From: an uncultured Gammaproteobacteria bacterium
GTDB lineage: Bacteria; Pseudomonadota; Gammaproteobacteria; Xanthomonadales; SZUA-38
NCBI GenBank assembly: GCA_964559945.1
Contig: CAZLJY010000004.1
Coordinates: 1 to 59,830 of the forward strand
Direction: 5' to 3'
DNA length: 59,830 nucleotides
Shown here: piece after piece, positions 10,315-19,721 of the stretch
How the letters are laid out: each line of letters starts with the position of its first letter
Position numbering within the stretch: the first letter of the stretch is position 1
Program-made: the position numbers and the translations under genes
Notes under the pieces: model-generated
Seen by the model: only the letters and a program-made list of their open reading frames with translations
The model's database searches: none
What the model was told of the DNA's origin: nothing

Positions 10315-10908
10315 TTAAGTCGGTTTGAATTGATACCGAGAGATATCCATTCGGGGGCGATCAGGCTCAGCCTCAGATAATGGCTGTACTTCAGCCAGGT
10401 CGGTAAGACACAGCTTCGCCAGTCCCTGGTATTCAGCGGTACCCGCAGATTTCCATTGGCGCTCTTGCGGGGAAACTTCACGTAACACTTTGGCTGGGGT
10501 ACCCACAGCCAAATGCCCAGCAGGCAGCTTGAACTTTGCCGGTACAAAGGCGCAGGCACCGACAAACGCACCAGGACCAATTTCTGCCTCGTCCATCACC
10601 ACCGCATTCATCCCGACCAACGCGTCTTCACCAACCAAGCAACCGTGCAGTACCGCGCCATGGCCAATATGCCCGTCGGTTTCGATGATCACATCTTGAC
10701 CCGGAAACGCGTGCATCACGCAGGTGTCTTGCACATTGCAGCCCGGACCAAGAACCACTCGACCAAAATCGCCGCGCAAACTGGCACAGGGTCCAACGTA
10801 GGCACCTTCAGCTACCAATACATCACCAATCAGCACGGCTGTGGGATGCACAAACGCCGAGGGGTGAACCACCGGCGTTAAGCCATTAAAGCGATAGACC
10901 GGCATCAA
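10315..10908 (-). CDS. paaY: PaaY-like hexapeptide-repeat (gamma carbonic anhydrase fold) protein
   Basis: [37 protein letters not shown]; adjacent to paaZ. Confidence 0.88.
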   Translation of the reverse strand: MMPVYRFNGLTPVVHPSAFVHPTAVLIGDVLVAEGAYVGPCASLRGDFGRVVLGPGCNVQDTCVMHAFPGQDVIIETDGHIGHGAVLHGCLVGEDALVGMNAVVMDEAEIGPGAFVGACAFVPAKFKLPAGHLAVGTPAKVLREVSPQERQWKSAGTAEYQGLAKLCLTDLAEVQPLSEAEPDRPRMDISRYQFKPT

Positions 10909-10929
10909 CCACGCACCATCGCTATCGGT

Positions 10930-13668
10930 TTACTGAACATTGCCATCCACATCCATGATTTGAATGTCGCCTAATTCCAACGCTCTAATCTTTTCCTCAA
11001 TTTTCTCCCGGTCACCCACCACTACCCACAACATTTGGTCAGGGGTCAGGGTGCTGCGGGCCGCATCGGTGACCTGCTGATCGGACAAGCCGCGCACTTT
11101 GCTAGCGTAGGTGTCCCAGTAATCATCTGGCAAGCCAAAGCGAACCATCTCTGCCAGTGACCCGGCCACCGCGTTGGCCGTTTCCCAGCGCCCAGCCAGA
11201 GTCAAACTATTTTTGTCTCGGGCCCGAGCAGTCTCTTCGGCCAAGGGTGGGCGTTCTCCTCGAATGGCTGAGACTTCGCTATAAATTTCCGCCATCGACT
11301 CGGCCGTTTTGTCCGTTTGCACCGGCGCAAAAGTTAAGAATGGACGCTGGCCTCGCGCGTCGACCACCGTGCTTCGCACGCCGTAAGACCAGTGTTTATC
11401 CTCGCGCAAATTCATATTCAGACGAGCGTTAAAGCTCCCACCCAAAACCTCATTCATTGCCTCAATGGCGATTTCGTTAGGGTTGTTTTTAGCTGGAGCG
11501 ATGTGTCCGGCGAAAATCATTGACTGCTCTGAATCTGGTCGATCCACCAGGTATACCGTTGAGCGGGCCTTGGGGGTGACAAAATCGATGTTCTTTTGCG
11601 GCACCTCACCGGCTTTCCAACCTTTAAATCGCCGTTCCAACATGGGTTGAATTTCTTCAAAGCTCGTATCGCCAACTACCAGCAGGGTGGCATTGTTTGG
11701 TTTGAACCAGGTGCTATGAAAGTCTCTCAGATTATCCGTGGTCAGAGCACTGACGGTGTCTTCATACCCGCTGCCGGAAAATGGCAGGCCATAGGCATGG
11801 TCACCGCCATAAAGCAGCTTTGGAAATAGCCGAAGGGCCATACTCATGGGCCGCACTTTTTCCTGAGCTATTCCTGCTAACTGGAGCTTGCGCAGGCGCT
11901 CAAGCTCGTTGTCGGGAAAGGCTGGGTTGAGGACCACGTCAGCAAAAATATCGAGGGTGTCACTGAGGTTTTCTTTCAGCGCTGATACCCGCACCGTTGA
12001 GACATCAAGATTGGAACCGCTGGAAAGCGTTGCCCCCAAATCTTTCAACTCATCACTGATCTCCAGCGCTGACCGGTTACGAGTGCCTTCATCGAGCATC
12101 GACATGGCCAAATTTGCGGTACCTGGCGAGGCCAGTTGATCGGCCGCATAGCCCGCATTAACCATAAGCTGCATGTTTACCACTGGCACCGCGCTGCGCT
12201 GCGCCACAATCACCTTTAAGCCGTTGGAAAGTTCGTTGCGAACAAAGTTGTCAAAGTCCACTGGTGGCGGCGACCCTACCTCCGGCAGCTTGCTTCGATC
12301 AACGGTATTTTCGGCGACGGAAAAGTCGGGAAATGGGAGCACGTCGATAACGTACTGACCTCGGCCCATCCAACGATTGGCCGCAAATTTCAACTCGTTT
12401 CGGGTGGCCGAATCCCAACCTGACAAGGTGCGCTTAAATGCCCCCGGATCACCCAGATAAACCTGGTTTCTGGCCAGGATGTCAGACTTTCCACCAAAGC
12501 CACCCACCCGCTCCATGCCTCGTACAAAACGTGCTCGGCGGGTAGTGCGAATTCGGTCTAACTCTTCCTGTGTTGGTCCATCTTTCAAAAATCGGGCGAG
12601 CTCCTCCTCAATGGCGCGATCAATATCCGCCAAATCCTGACCCGGTAAGGCCGTGGCAATCACGCCAAATATTCCGGCAATTTCAAGCGGCAAAGAAAAT
12701 GACGAGACATCGGAAGCGATTTGCTCGTCATACACCAATCGCTTATACAGCCGTGAGGTTTTACCCTCACTTAAGATGCCAGACACCAGGTCAAGGTGGT
12801 TGGCTTCGATGTTGCCGATTTCCGGCATCATCCAGATTTTATAAGTTCGGGCCTGGGGCACTCTATCCTGCATCACCTGCCGGTGAGTGCCTTTCAAATC
12901 AGGGATCCAAGTGTCCTGACGGGTCAGCGGCGGACCGCTGGGGATATAGCCAAAGTAGTGCTCAACCCGTTCTTTAACCTGCAGCGGATCAACATCACCA
13001 GCCACCACTATTGTCGCGTTGGCCGCGCCGTAGTATTGCTTAAACCAGTTGTGTACATCGTCAAGGGAGGCGGCTTCCAGGTCCTCCATATAACCGATCA
13101 CCGACCAAGAATAAGGGTGGCCCTTGGGAAACATATTTTTAAACGCGGTGATAAAAACTTTTCCGTAGGGCTGATTTTCACCCTGACGCTTTTCGTTCTG
13201 CACCACACCGCGTTGCTCGTCCAGACGCGCCTGGTCAATCACTCCAAGCAAATGGCCCATCCGATCCGACTCCATCCACAGAGCCATATCCAACGCATTC
13301 TTCGGTACAACCTGAAAATAGTTCGTCCGATCAAAGTTGGTAGTGCCATTCATTCCGGTGGCGCCGACCCGGTCGTAGGGGCCGAAATACTCATCGTTAT
13401 AGTTTTCGCTACCGTTGAACATTAAATGTTCAAACAGATGGGCAAACCCGGTTTTGCCTTCCAGCTCATTTTTTGAGCCCACGTGATACCAAAGATTCAC
13501 AGCCACTACTGGCGCCTTTCGATCGGTGTGGACAATGAGCGTGAGGCCATTGTCCAAAACGTATTTCTCGAACGGGATATCAAGCTCATTGGCGCTGGTG
13601 ACCAACGGGGTGAGTAGAAGGGTGGCGAGCGTCAGGCTGACAAGCAGCCTTAGAAACCAGGTTGTCAT
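10930..13668 (-). CDS. Secreted M16B zinc peptidase (pitrilysin/PqqL-like, two-domain)
   Basis: GFAHLFEHLMF (HxxEH), NGTTNFDRTNY, ERGVVQNEKR; second half lacks HxxEH. Signal peptide from the ATG at 13668, preceded by GGAGG. Confidence 0.92.
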   Translation of the reverse strand: MTTWFLRLLVSLTLATLLLTPLVTSANELDIPFEKYVLDNGLTLIVHTDRKAPVVAVNLWYHVGSKNELEGKTGFAHLFEHLMFNGSENYNDEYFGPYDRVGATGMNGTTNFDRTNYFQVVPKNALDMALWMESDRMGHLLGVIDQARLDEQRGVVQNEKRQGENQPYGKVFITAFKNMFPKGHPYSWSVIGYMEDLEAASLDDVHNWFKQYYGAANATIVVAGDVDPLQVKERVEHYFGYIPSGPPLTRQDTWIPDLKGTHRQVMQDRVPQARTYKIWMMPEIGNIEANHLDLVSGILSEGKTSRLYKRLVYDEQIASDVSSFSLPLEIAGIFGVIATALPGQDLADIDRAIEEELARFLKDGPTQEELDRIRTTRRARFVRGMERVGGFGGKSDILARNQVYLGDPGAFKRTLSGWDSATRNELKFAANRWMGRGQYVIDVLPFPDFSVAENTVDRSKLPEVGSPPPVDFDNFVRNELSNGLKVIVAQRSAVPVVNMQLMVNAGYAADQLASPGTANLAMSMLDEGTRNRSALEISDELKDLGATLSSGSNLDVSTVRVSALKENLSDTLDIFADVVLNPAFPDNELERLRKLQLAGIAQEKVRPMSMALRLFPKLLYGGDHAYGLPFSGSGYEDTVSALTTDNLRDFHSTWFKPNNATLLVVGDTSFEEIQPMLERRFKGWKAGEVPQKNIDFVTPKARSTVYLVDRPDSEQSMIFAGHIAPAKNNPNEIAIEAMNEVLGGSFNARLNMNLREDKHWSYGVRSTVVDARGQRPFLTFAPVQTDKTAESMAEIYSEVSAIRGERPPLAEETARARDKNSLTLAGRWETANAVAGSLAEMVRFGLPDDYWDTYASKVRGLSDQQVTDAARSTLTPDQMLWVVVGDREKIEEKIRALELGDIQIMDVDGNVQ

Positions 13669-13777
13669 GATGGGAGCCTCCAGTGGTGATGGCGATACGC
13701 TAACAGCAGACACAGTGGGTCCCATGTGGCCTTAGTCAGGCGCTCGCAACCCGTCACTGTAACGCTCACCCACTTAA

Positions 13778-13816
13778 TGATACAGAAAACTTTGATTTTT
13801 GAATTTTTTTGTATCA
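13778..13816. promoter_or_regulatory. PaaX-type operator: TGATAC-N27-GTATCA inverted repeat
   Basis: TGATACA at 13778-13784 and TGTATCA at 13810-13816, in the divergent gap before paaA. Spacing matches the PaaX operator as I recall it (E. coli TGATTC-N27-GAATCA). Confidence 0.75.
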
Positions 13817-13840
13817 TATTAGAGGTGACTAAAGGACGCA

Positions 13841-14806
13841 ATGATCATGAACAGTAATTTTCCGGGCTCCACAGAGCAATTGACCACCGAATTTGATGCG
13901 CGGGTCGCCGACGATGTGAAGATTGAACCCAAGGACTGGATGCCGGCGGCCTATCGCAAGACGCTAATCCGCCAAATCAGTCAGCATGCCCATTCCGAGA
14001 TCATCGGAATGCAGCCCGAAGGAAACTGGATTACCCGCGCTCCCTCCTTAAGGCGCAAGGCGGTGTTGATGGCCAAAGTCCAAGACGAAGCAGGACACGG
14101 TCTTTACCTGTATAGCGCCGCCGAAACCCTAGGCATGAGTCGCGATCAAATGATTGCCGACCTGCAAAGCGGCAAAGCCAAATACTCCAGTATCTTTAAC
14201 TACCCTACCCTGACCTGGGCCGACATTGGCGCCGTTGGTTGGCTGGTTGATGGCGCTGCAATCATTAACCAAGTGCCGATCTGTCGTTGCTCCTATGGCC
14301 CCTATGCCCGAGGCATGGTGCGAATTTGTAAAGAAGAGAGTTTTCATCAGCGCCAGGGATTTGAAATTATGCTGACCCTGGCCCGCGGCAACCAAGCCCA
14401 ACGGGAAATGGCCCAGGATGCATTGAATCGATGGTGGTGGCCCTCCCTAATGATGTTTGGGCCACCGGATGCTGAGTCCGCCAATACCGCTCAGTCCATG
14501 GCTTGGCGAATCAAACGCCATACCAACGATGAACTCAGACAGAAGTTTGTCGACCAGACCGTACCCCAGGCGGACTATCTTGGCCTCAAGGTGCCCGACA
14601 AAGATCTGCGCTGGAATAAGCAAACCGGTGCCTATGAGTTCGGCGAAATCGACTGGGATGAGTTTTGGCGAGTGGTTAAGGGTAATGGCATGTGTAACCG
14701 AGACCGGATTGCGAAACACGTGGCCGCCCATGAGGACGGCGCCTGGGTGCGGGAAGCGGCCAAGGCTCACGCTAAACGACAGGCTACGCGCCAGGAGGCG
14801 GCGTGA
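13841..14806 (+). CDS. paaA: Phenylacetyl-CoA epoxidase subunit A
   Basis: [46 protein letters not shown]. Confidence 0.97.
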   Translation: MIMNSNFPGSTEQLTTEFDARVADDVKIEPKDWMPAAYRKTLIRQISQHAHSEIIGMQPEGNWITRAPSLRRKAVLMAKVQDEAGHGLYLYSAAETLGMSRDQMIADLQSGKAKYSSIFNYPTLTWADIGAVGWLVDGAAIINQVPICRCSYGPYARGMVRICKEESFHQRQGFEIMLTLARGNQAQREMAQDALNRWWWPSLMMFGPPDAESANTAQSMAWRIKRHTNDELRQKFVDQTVPQADYLGLKVPDKDLRWNKQTGAYEFGEIDWDEFWRVVKGNGMCNRDRIAKHVAAHEDGAWVREAAKAHAKRQATRQEAA

Positions 14807-15093
14807 TGACGGATACCACCCAACCGCTGTTTGAAATTTTTATCCGCTCTCGCCGCGGCCTTGATCATAAACATGTAGGCAGCCTGCACGCTCAGGACCA
14901 CCAAGCCGCCTTAGGCTACGCGCGCGACGTGTATACCCGGCGCAGTGAAGGGGTCAGCATCTGGGTGGTGAAATCCGAAGATATTGTGGCCAGCCAAGAG
15001 GACGAAGCATCCGCGTTCTACGATCCTAGCGACGATAAAGTGTATCGGCACGCCTCCTTCTACGATGTGCCGGACGAAGTGAAACACATGTAA
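14803..15093 (+). CDS. paaB: Phenylacetyl-CoA epoxidase subunit B
   Basis: [21 protein letters not shown]...[17 protein letters not shown]...DKVYRH. Confidence 0.96.
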   Translation: MMTDTTQPLFEIFIRSRRGLDHKHVGSLHAQDHQAALGYARDVYTRRSEGVSIWVVKSEDIVASQEDEASAFYDPSDDKVYRHASFYDVPDEVKHM

Positions 15094-15857
15094 TGGATAA
15101 CCCAATCAATACTGACGTCTTTGAATATGCACTGCGCCTGGGTGATGACGCCCTGACCCTGGGGCACCGGTTATCGGAATGGACCGCCAAAGCGCCCTTT
15201 CTTGAGGAAGACATTGCCCTTGGCAATATTGCCTTAGATTATGTTGGCCGGGCGAGATTGCTGCTGACTTACGCCGGCGAGGTGGAAGGTGAGGGACGAG
15301 ACGAAGATCAGCTGGCCTATTTGCGCGACACTCGCCAATACCGCAACTTGCTAATTTGCGAGCTGCCCATTGGCAACTTCGCTGACACCATGGCGCGGCA
15401 ATTGTTGATTGATGCCTTCGAAGTCCCCTACTTCCATGCTTTGTCAGAAAGTACCGACGCCACGATCGCGGGCATTGCGGGCAAAGCCGTCAAAGAAGCG
15501 AAGTATCATCTGCGCCATTCCGCAGGCTGGGTTGTGCGCCTGGGTGATGGCACGAACGAGTCGCGGGCCAAAATCACCCAAGCCTTTAACGACGTCTGGG
15601 GCTATGCCGCTGAGATGTTTGTGACCGACCCTCTAGAAGCCCGGTTAGTTGACGCAGGTATTGCCATTGAACGCGAACCGTTGCAGGCGCTTTGGCAGGG
15701 CGAGGTCGAATCAGTATTGAGTAAAGCCACACTGGAATTGCCGCAGGCGAGCTGGCAAGTGGACGGCGGTCGCCGGGGCGAACACACCGAACACCTAGGC
15801 CACTTATTGGCCCAACTGCAATTTATGCAACGGGCTTACCCGGGACTGCAATGGTAG
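15093..15857 (+). CDS. paaC: Phenylacetyl-CoA epoxidase subunit C
   Basis: LRLGDDALTLGHRLSEW, EEDIALGNIALD, KEAKYH, QRAYPGLQW. Confidence 0.96.
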   Translation: MDNPINTDVFEYALRLGDDALTLGHRLSEWTAKAPFLEEDIALGNIALDYVGRARLLLTYAGEVEGEGRDEDQLAYLRDTRQYRNLLICELPIGNFADTMARQLLIDAFEVPYFHALSESTDATIAGIAGKAVKEAKYHLRHSAGWVVRLGDGTNESRAKITQAFNDVWGYAAEMFVTDPLEARLVDAGIAIEREPLQALWQGEVESVLSKATLELPQASWQVDGGRRGEHTEHLGHLLAQLQFMQRAYPGLQW

Positions 15858-16348
15858 CGGGCATGGATGAACATTTTTCCGACCTCAAAGCCAAACTCGA
15901 TGCTTTGTGTGACCCGGAAATTCCGGTGTTAACCCTCAATGACCTGGGCGTTATTCGCGATGTTCAACGGTCTGCTGGCCAAGTGGTGGTCACCATGACC
16001 CCTACCTACAGTGGCTGTCCGGCCATGGATGCCATGACCCAGGCTGTACGGGAGGTACTGAATGCCAGCCCCTTTGAGGGCCAGGTGAAAACGGTCTTCA
16101 ATCCACCCTGGACAACCGATTGGCTAACTGACTCGGGCCGCAAAAAGCTCAAGCAATATGGCATTGCACCGCCTGTGGGCAGGGCAGCGGAGGAACCGTC
16201 AAACGGCCATGATGAGCGCCAAGTTGCCTGTCCACGCTGCGATAGCCTAAATACTCGGGTGGTCAGTCAGTTTGGCTCAACCGCGTGTAAAGCGCTGCAT
16301 CAGTGTCAGACCTGCCTCGAACCTTTTGATTACTTTAAATGTCATTAA
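15851..16348 (+). CDS. paaD: Phenylacetyl-CoA epoxidase subunit D
   Basis: DPEIPVLT..DLGVIR, TPTYSGCPAM, WTTDW, CPRC, FGSTACKA, CLEPFDYFKCH. Confidence 0.95.
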   Translation: MVAGMDEHFSDLKAKLDALCDPEIPVLTLNDLGVIRDVQRSAGQVVVTMTPTYSGCPAMDAMTQAVREVLNASPFEGQVKTVFNPPWTTDWLTDSGRKKLKQYGIAPPVGRAAEEPSNGHDERQVACPRCDSLNTRVVSQFGSTACKALHQCQTCLEPFDYFKCH

Positions 16349-17412
16349 ACACACAGTTTTATCCATTAACCGTTGCCGCCGTCACCCCGGACACCGACGA
16401 CTCAGTGTGCGTCACTTTCCGCTTGCCTGACGAACTAAAAACGATCTTTGCGTTTACCCAAGGCCAACACCTAACACTGCGCAAGTCACTGGACGGCGAA
16501 GAGCTGCGCCGCAACTACTCTCTTTGCTCTGCGGTTGGTGGAACACTGACAGTGGCGATTCGCCGAGTGGCTGACGGCCGATTTTCCAGCTGGGCCAACG
16601 AGCAGCTGAAACCCGGCGACATTCTCGACGTCATGCCTCCCCAAGGACGGTTCTTTACCGAGCTCAGCGAGCAGCAACGCAAGACCTACCTGGCTCTGGC
16701 CGCCGGCAGTGGAATCACCCCTATTGCCTCGCTTATCGCCACCACCTTGGCCACCGAGCCTGAAAGCCAATTCACCCTGGTTTACGGCAATCGACGCACT
16801 GACACCATCATGCTGCGCCAGCAATTGGAACATCTGAAAAACCGTTACCCAGACCGCCTTCAGTTAATCCATATACTCAGTCGGGAAGCCCGGGATGTTG
16901 ATTTACTCAATGGGCGTATCGACCAGAAAAAGCTGGCGGAGCTGGCGGAAAAACTGCTGGACCTAAACCACACCGACGAGGTGTTCCTGTGCGGCCCCGA
17001 GGCGATGATTTTAGATCTACGCCAATGGTTACAATCCAACGGTGGGCTGGCCCAAGAACAAATCCACATAGAACTGTTTGGGACGGAAAATGCCAAAACC
17101 CGAACGGAAATACCGCTGGATGCAGGCCCAACTCGACAGGTCAGCATTATTTCTGATCGACGTCGTATTGAGTTAGAAATTCCCTCCCAGGGCCAATCCA
17201 TCCTTGACGCCGCTTTGGCCGCTGGCGCCGACCTGCCCTTCGCCTGCAAAGGCGGGGTTTGCTGTACCTGCCGAGCCAAAGTGATTGAAGGCGAAGTCAG
17301 CATGGACGTCAATTACGCCTTGGAACCTAATGAGATCGAAGCGGGGTTTGTGCTTACCTGCCAAGCGCATCCCATCACCGACAAGGTTGTGGTGGACTTC
17401 GACCATATCTAA
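16339..17412 (+). CDS. paaE: Phenylacetyl-CoA epoxidase reductase subunit (FAD/NAD + 2Fe-2S)
   Basis: RRNYSLCS, AAGSGITP, YGNR, FLCGP, CKGGVCCTC...CQ. Confidence 0.95.
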   Translation: MSLNTQFYPLTVAAVTPDTDDSVCVTFRLPDELKTIFAFTQGQHLTLRKSLDGEELRRNYSLCSAVGGTLTVAIRRVADGRFSSWANEQLKPGDILDVMPPQGRFFTELSEQQRKTYLALAAGSGITPIASLIATTLATEPESQFTLVYGNRRTDTIMLRQQLEHLKNRYPDRLQLIHILSREARDVDLLNGRIDQKKLAELAEKLLDLNHTDEVFLCGPEAMILDLRQWLQSNGGLAQEQIHIELFGTENAKTRTEIPLDAGPTRQVSIISDRRRIELEIPSQGQSILDAALAAGADLPFACKGGVCCTCRAKVIEGEVSMDVNYALEPNEIEAGFVLTCQAHPITDKVVVDFDHI

Positions 17413-17492
17413 GGGGCTCTGGCAATATCCGCTGCAGTTTAGGCGTTCGCTTAATACTCTACTGACGCGGTGGTGGATTTCGACTTCGGGAC

Positions 17493-17577
17493 GGCAATGA
17501 AGGGCATAGCCCCTGTGAAGGAATGGCTCCCTGCGGTCCGCTTTACTTCCGTCACAGGGGCTATGCCCTTCATTGCC
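17493..17577. repeat. Long inverted repeat (REP/MITE-like hairpin) between convergent paaE and DUF4112 genes
   Basis: GGCAATGAAGGGCATAGCCCCTGTGA (17493-17518) and its exact reverse complement (17552-17577): 26-bp perfect arms around a 33-nt loop. Confidence 0.85.
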
Positions 17578-17607
17578 TTCAATCGGGGTTTGTTTGTGTT
17601 TTTGTGT

Positions 17608-18087
17608 TTAGAATATTTTTGCTAGTAGCCAAAATGGCAAGATCATTAGTCCGAGCAAAAGCAAGGCTATGGCTACTATAGTGGCGGCGGCCAGCAGATT
17701 TTGCTGGGCGGACTGTGGGGCTTTTTCTTCCTGCTCGAGGGTATCTAACAGCAATCGGACATTTCTGTGATTGGCCTGAAAACCGATATCTAACAGGTCG
17801 CCGAAAATCGGCACGATTCCGACCAAGGCATCCACCAGAAGATTGGCGAACATCTTCGTGCGTACCGCCAGGGGAAGCTTGAACTGAAATGATTGGGCAA
17901 TGATGGCGCCACCTAGCAGCGCGCTGGCGCCGTCGCCGATGCCGGGAATCAGACCGATCAAACCATCCAAGCCGAATTTGATTTGGGTGCCCGGCACGTT
18001 CATCGAACGATCGAGTAGCCAAGCCAGTTTTCGAATCCGCTTAAGCGCGCGAGTTTGTGCTTGGGAGTATGGTGGCCTCTGGTTCAT
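17608..18087 (-). CDS. DUF4112-family membrane protein
   Basis: LAWLLDRSMNVPGTQIKFGLDGLIGLIPGIGD...GIVPIFGDLLDIGFQANHRNVRLL. Confidence 0.88.
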   Translation of the reverse strand: MNQRPPYSQAQTRALKRIRKLAWLLDRSMNVPGTQIKFGLDGLIGLIPGIGDGASALLGGAIIAQSFQFKLPLAVRTKMFANLLVDALVGIVPIFGDLLDIGFQANHRNVRLLLDTLEQEEKAPQSAQQNLLAAATIVAIALLLLGLMILPFWLLAKIF

Positions 18088-18297
18088 TTACCTAGGCTAC
18101 ACCGACTGGGAGGGTTGCTCTAGACGGGTGTTGAAAAAAACCATCCTTGGCGCTTTCAACTTCGAGAACGAAAAATATCATTTTCCGTTCTCTCACATTT
18201 TCAATGGCTTGCCGTCACTGAAAATGTCGGCCCATCCATGTGCCGAGTTGGGATACGTTGATTTACGATTTTTTGAACAGGGTGCTCGCTCTTTGTT

Positions 18298-19140
18298 TTA
18301 CTCGAAGCCTGAGAAAAAGATCATGCCCGGGGGTTGGCCGAATAGTTCAATACCTGGAATGAAATCAAAAGCATCAACGGGACCTAGGCTAACGGGGCCC
18401 ACGGATTCTAAATCGGCGGCAAAAAAATTCAGCACGACGTTGTTGCTTGAGCCTACGACCATTCCAAACTCGCCGGTTGCTGGGCTACTGAATGCGACGC
18501 TATTTTGGTTACTGAAAATGTAGGCACCATTAATTGATCGCCCATTGCGGATGTCGCGAACGCTGCCTTCCAAATTGGATAAGGCAAAACAAAATCCGAG
18601 TTCGGTGATGACCAATTCAAACCGGTATTCAACCGCTCCTGAGTTACGACAATTTCTTAACCGATAAAATGTGCGAAAGTCGCTTCTGTTGATCTGAGAA
18701 TCGTTCAACAGCTCAATAGTACTGCTACCCCGCGGCGCATTCGCGCAGGACTGCAAAACCACTGGCGCCACCGATGAATCAATCACCGAGGTCCTGGGAA
18801 AACCCAAAACCTCGACCTGAAGGTTTGTCGCTGCATTGCTGCCTACAGGGATAATCCTAAGCTCGCCCCGGACCTGGCAAAAAGGATATTCATCGCCATA
18901 AAAAATCATCCAGTCCAGATCTTGGCTGCCATCAAGCGATCGTCCGGAAATGCGCCAGCCCTCATCGCGCTCAATTAAGTTATCTGAGGGAACCGTGAAA
19001 TCCGGCACCCCACCATTCATTCCTGCGCCGAGGAAGGGTAGAGCGTCATCGGGTTCTATTGGGTCTGTCTGAGCCACCGCATCCGCAACGGAAGCAATGA
19101 CAGATAGACCCAACAACATTGGCATCACGAACCTAAACAT
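18298..19140 (-). CDS. Hypothetical secreted protein ending in IFFSGFE
   Basis: Signal peptide MFRFVMPMLLGLSVIASVADAVAQ (start taken at 19140); no family recognised. Confidence 0.7.
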   Translation of the reverse strand: MFRFVMPMLLGLSVIASVADAVAQTDPIEPDDALPFLGAGMNGGVPDFTVPSDNLIERDEGWRISGRSLDGSQDLDWMIFYGDEYPFCQVRGELRIIPVGSNAATNLQVEVLGFPRTSVIDSSVAPVVLQSCANAPRGSSTIELLNDSQINRSDFRTFYRLRNCRNSGAVEYRFELVITELGFCFALSNLEGSVRDIRNGRSINGAYIFSNQNSVAFSSPATGEFGMVVGSSNNVVLNFFAADLESVGPVSLGPVDAFDFIPGIELFGQPPGMIFFSGFE

Positions 19141-19267
19141 ACTCCAAGCCTCTGTCGACGAAAGTCCTGACTCAAGAAAACTTTCGTTACAGGGCAAAGC
19201 TAGACCCCAGCGCTTTCGACAAACCCGGGGCCGTTCCAGGGGGGCAGATCAAATTTGCTGGCCTCCT

Positions 19268-19594
19268 TTAGCTTGAACCAGCGAGCTGTGCCCCAGACTC
19301 CTGGCCACTGGTGGCCGGCGCAAGTAGCAGATAGAGCAAGGGACCAAACGAGCCAAGAAATAAGGTGATCAAGGCAAAGCCCCAGAAGTTTCGGCCCTTT
19401 ACCTGGGCATCGCGATACATCCAGATGAGAATTAGCAACATGCCGATGACCAGGTCGGCAAATACCTGCCAACCTGCTGGGCTGGGTAGGTGATACTCAA
19501 AAATCCCCACATAACCCACCGTCCAAACGGCGTAGGTGCTCAGCAGCGCAAAGGGGATAAGAAGGATCAGACTCAATCGTTTCATTGGGGTCAT
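19268..19594 (-). CDS. DUF2834-like small membrane protein
   Basis: WQVFADLVIGMLLILIWMYRDA...ITLFLGSFGPLLYLL; start at 19594 or 19585. Confidence 0.72.
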   Translation of the reverse strand: MTPMKRLSLILLIPFALLSTYAVWTVGYVGIFEYHLPSPAGWQVFADLVIGMLLILIWMYRDAQVKGRNFWGFALITLFLGSFGPLLYLLLAPATSGQESGAQLAGSS

Positions 19595-19649
19595 GGGGTT
19601 TTTCTCCAGTGGACACAGCCCTATCATTGGCGAAGCTGGTAACCCCAGC

Positions 19650-19680
19650 AATGACCTCAGAGGTTATTGCCATAGGTCAT
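19650..19680. promoter_or_regulatory. Putative operator of the divergent XRE/MmyB regulator
   Basis: AATGACCT-CAG-AGGTTATT palindrome plus a third half-site AGGTCAT at 19674-19680. Confidence 0.55.
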
Positions 19681-19721
19681 GAAGACACGGAAAATCGGGC
19701 AAAATCTCCGCGGACACAACA

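Noticed and set aside
12796-13425. 209-aa plus-strand ORF (likewise 17900-18523, 28036-28653, 42939-43556 and most other short track ORFs)
   Set aside because: Antisense or alternate-frame shadows of well-supported genes, with no recognisable motifs.
17493-17577. CRISPR repeat or IS terminal repeats
   Set aside because: A single inverted pair with no spacer array, cas gene or transposase in the window.
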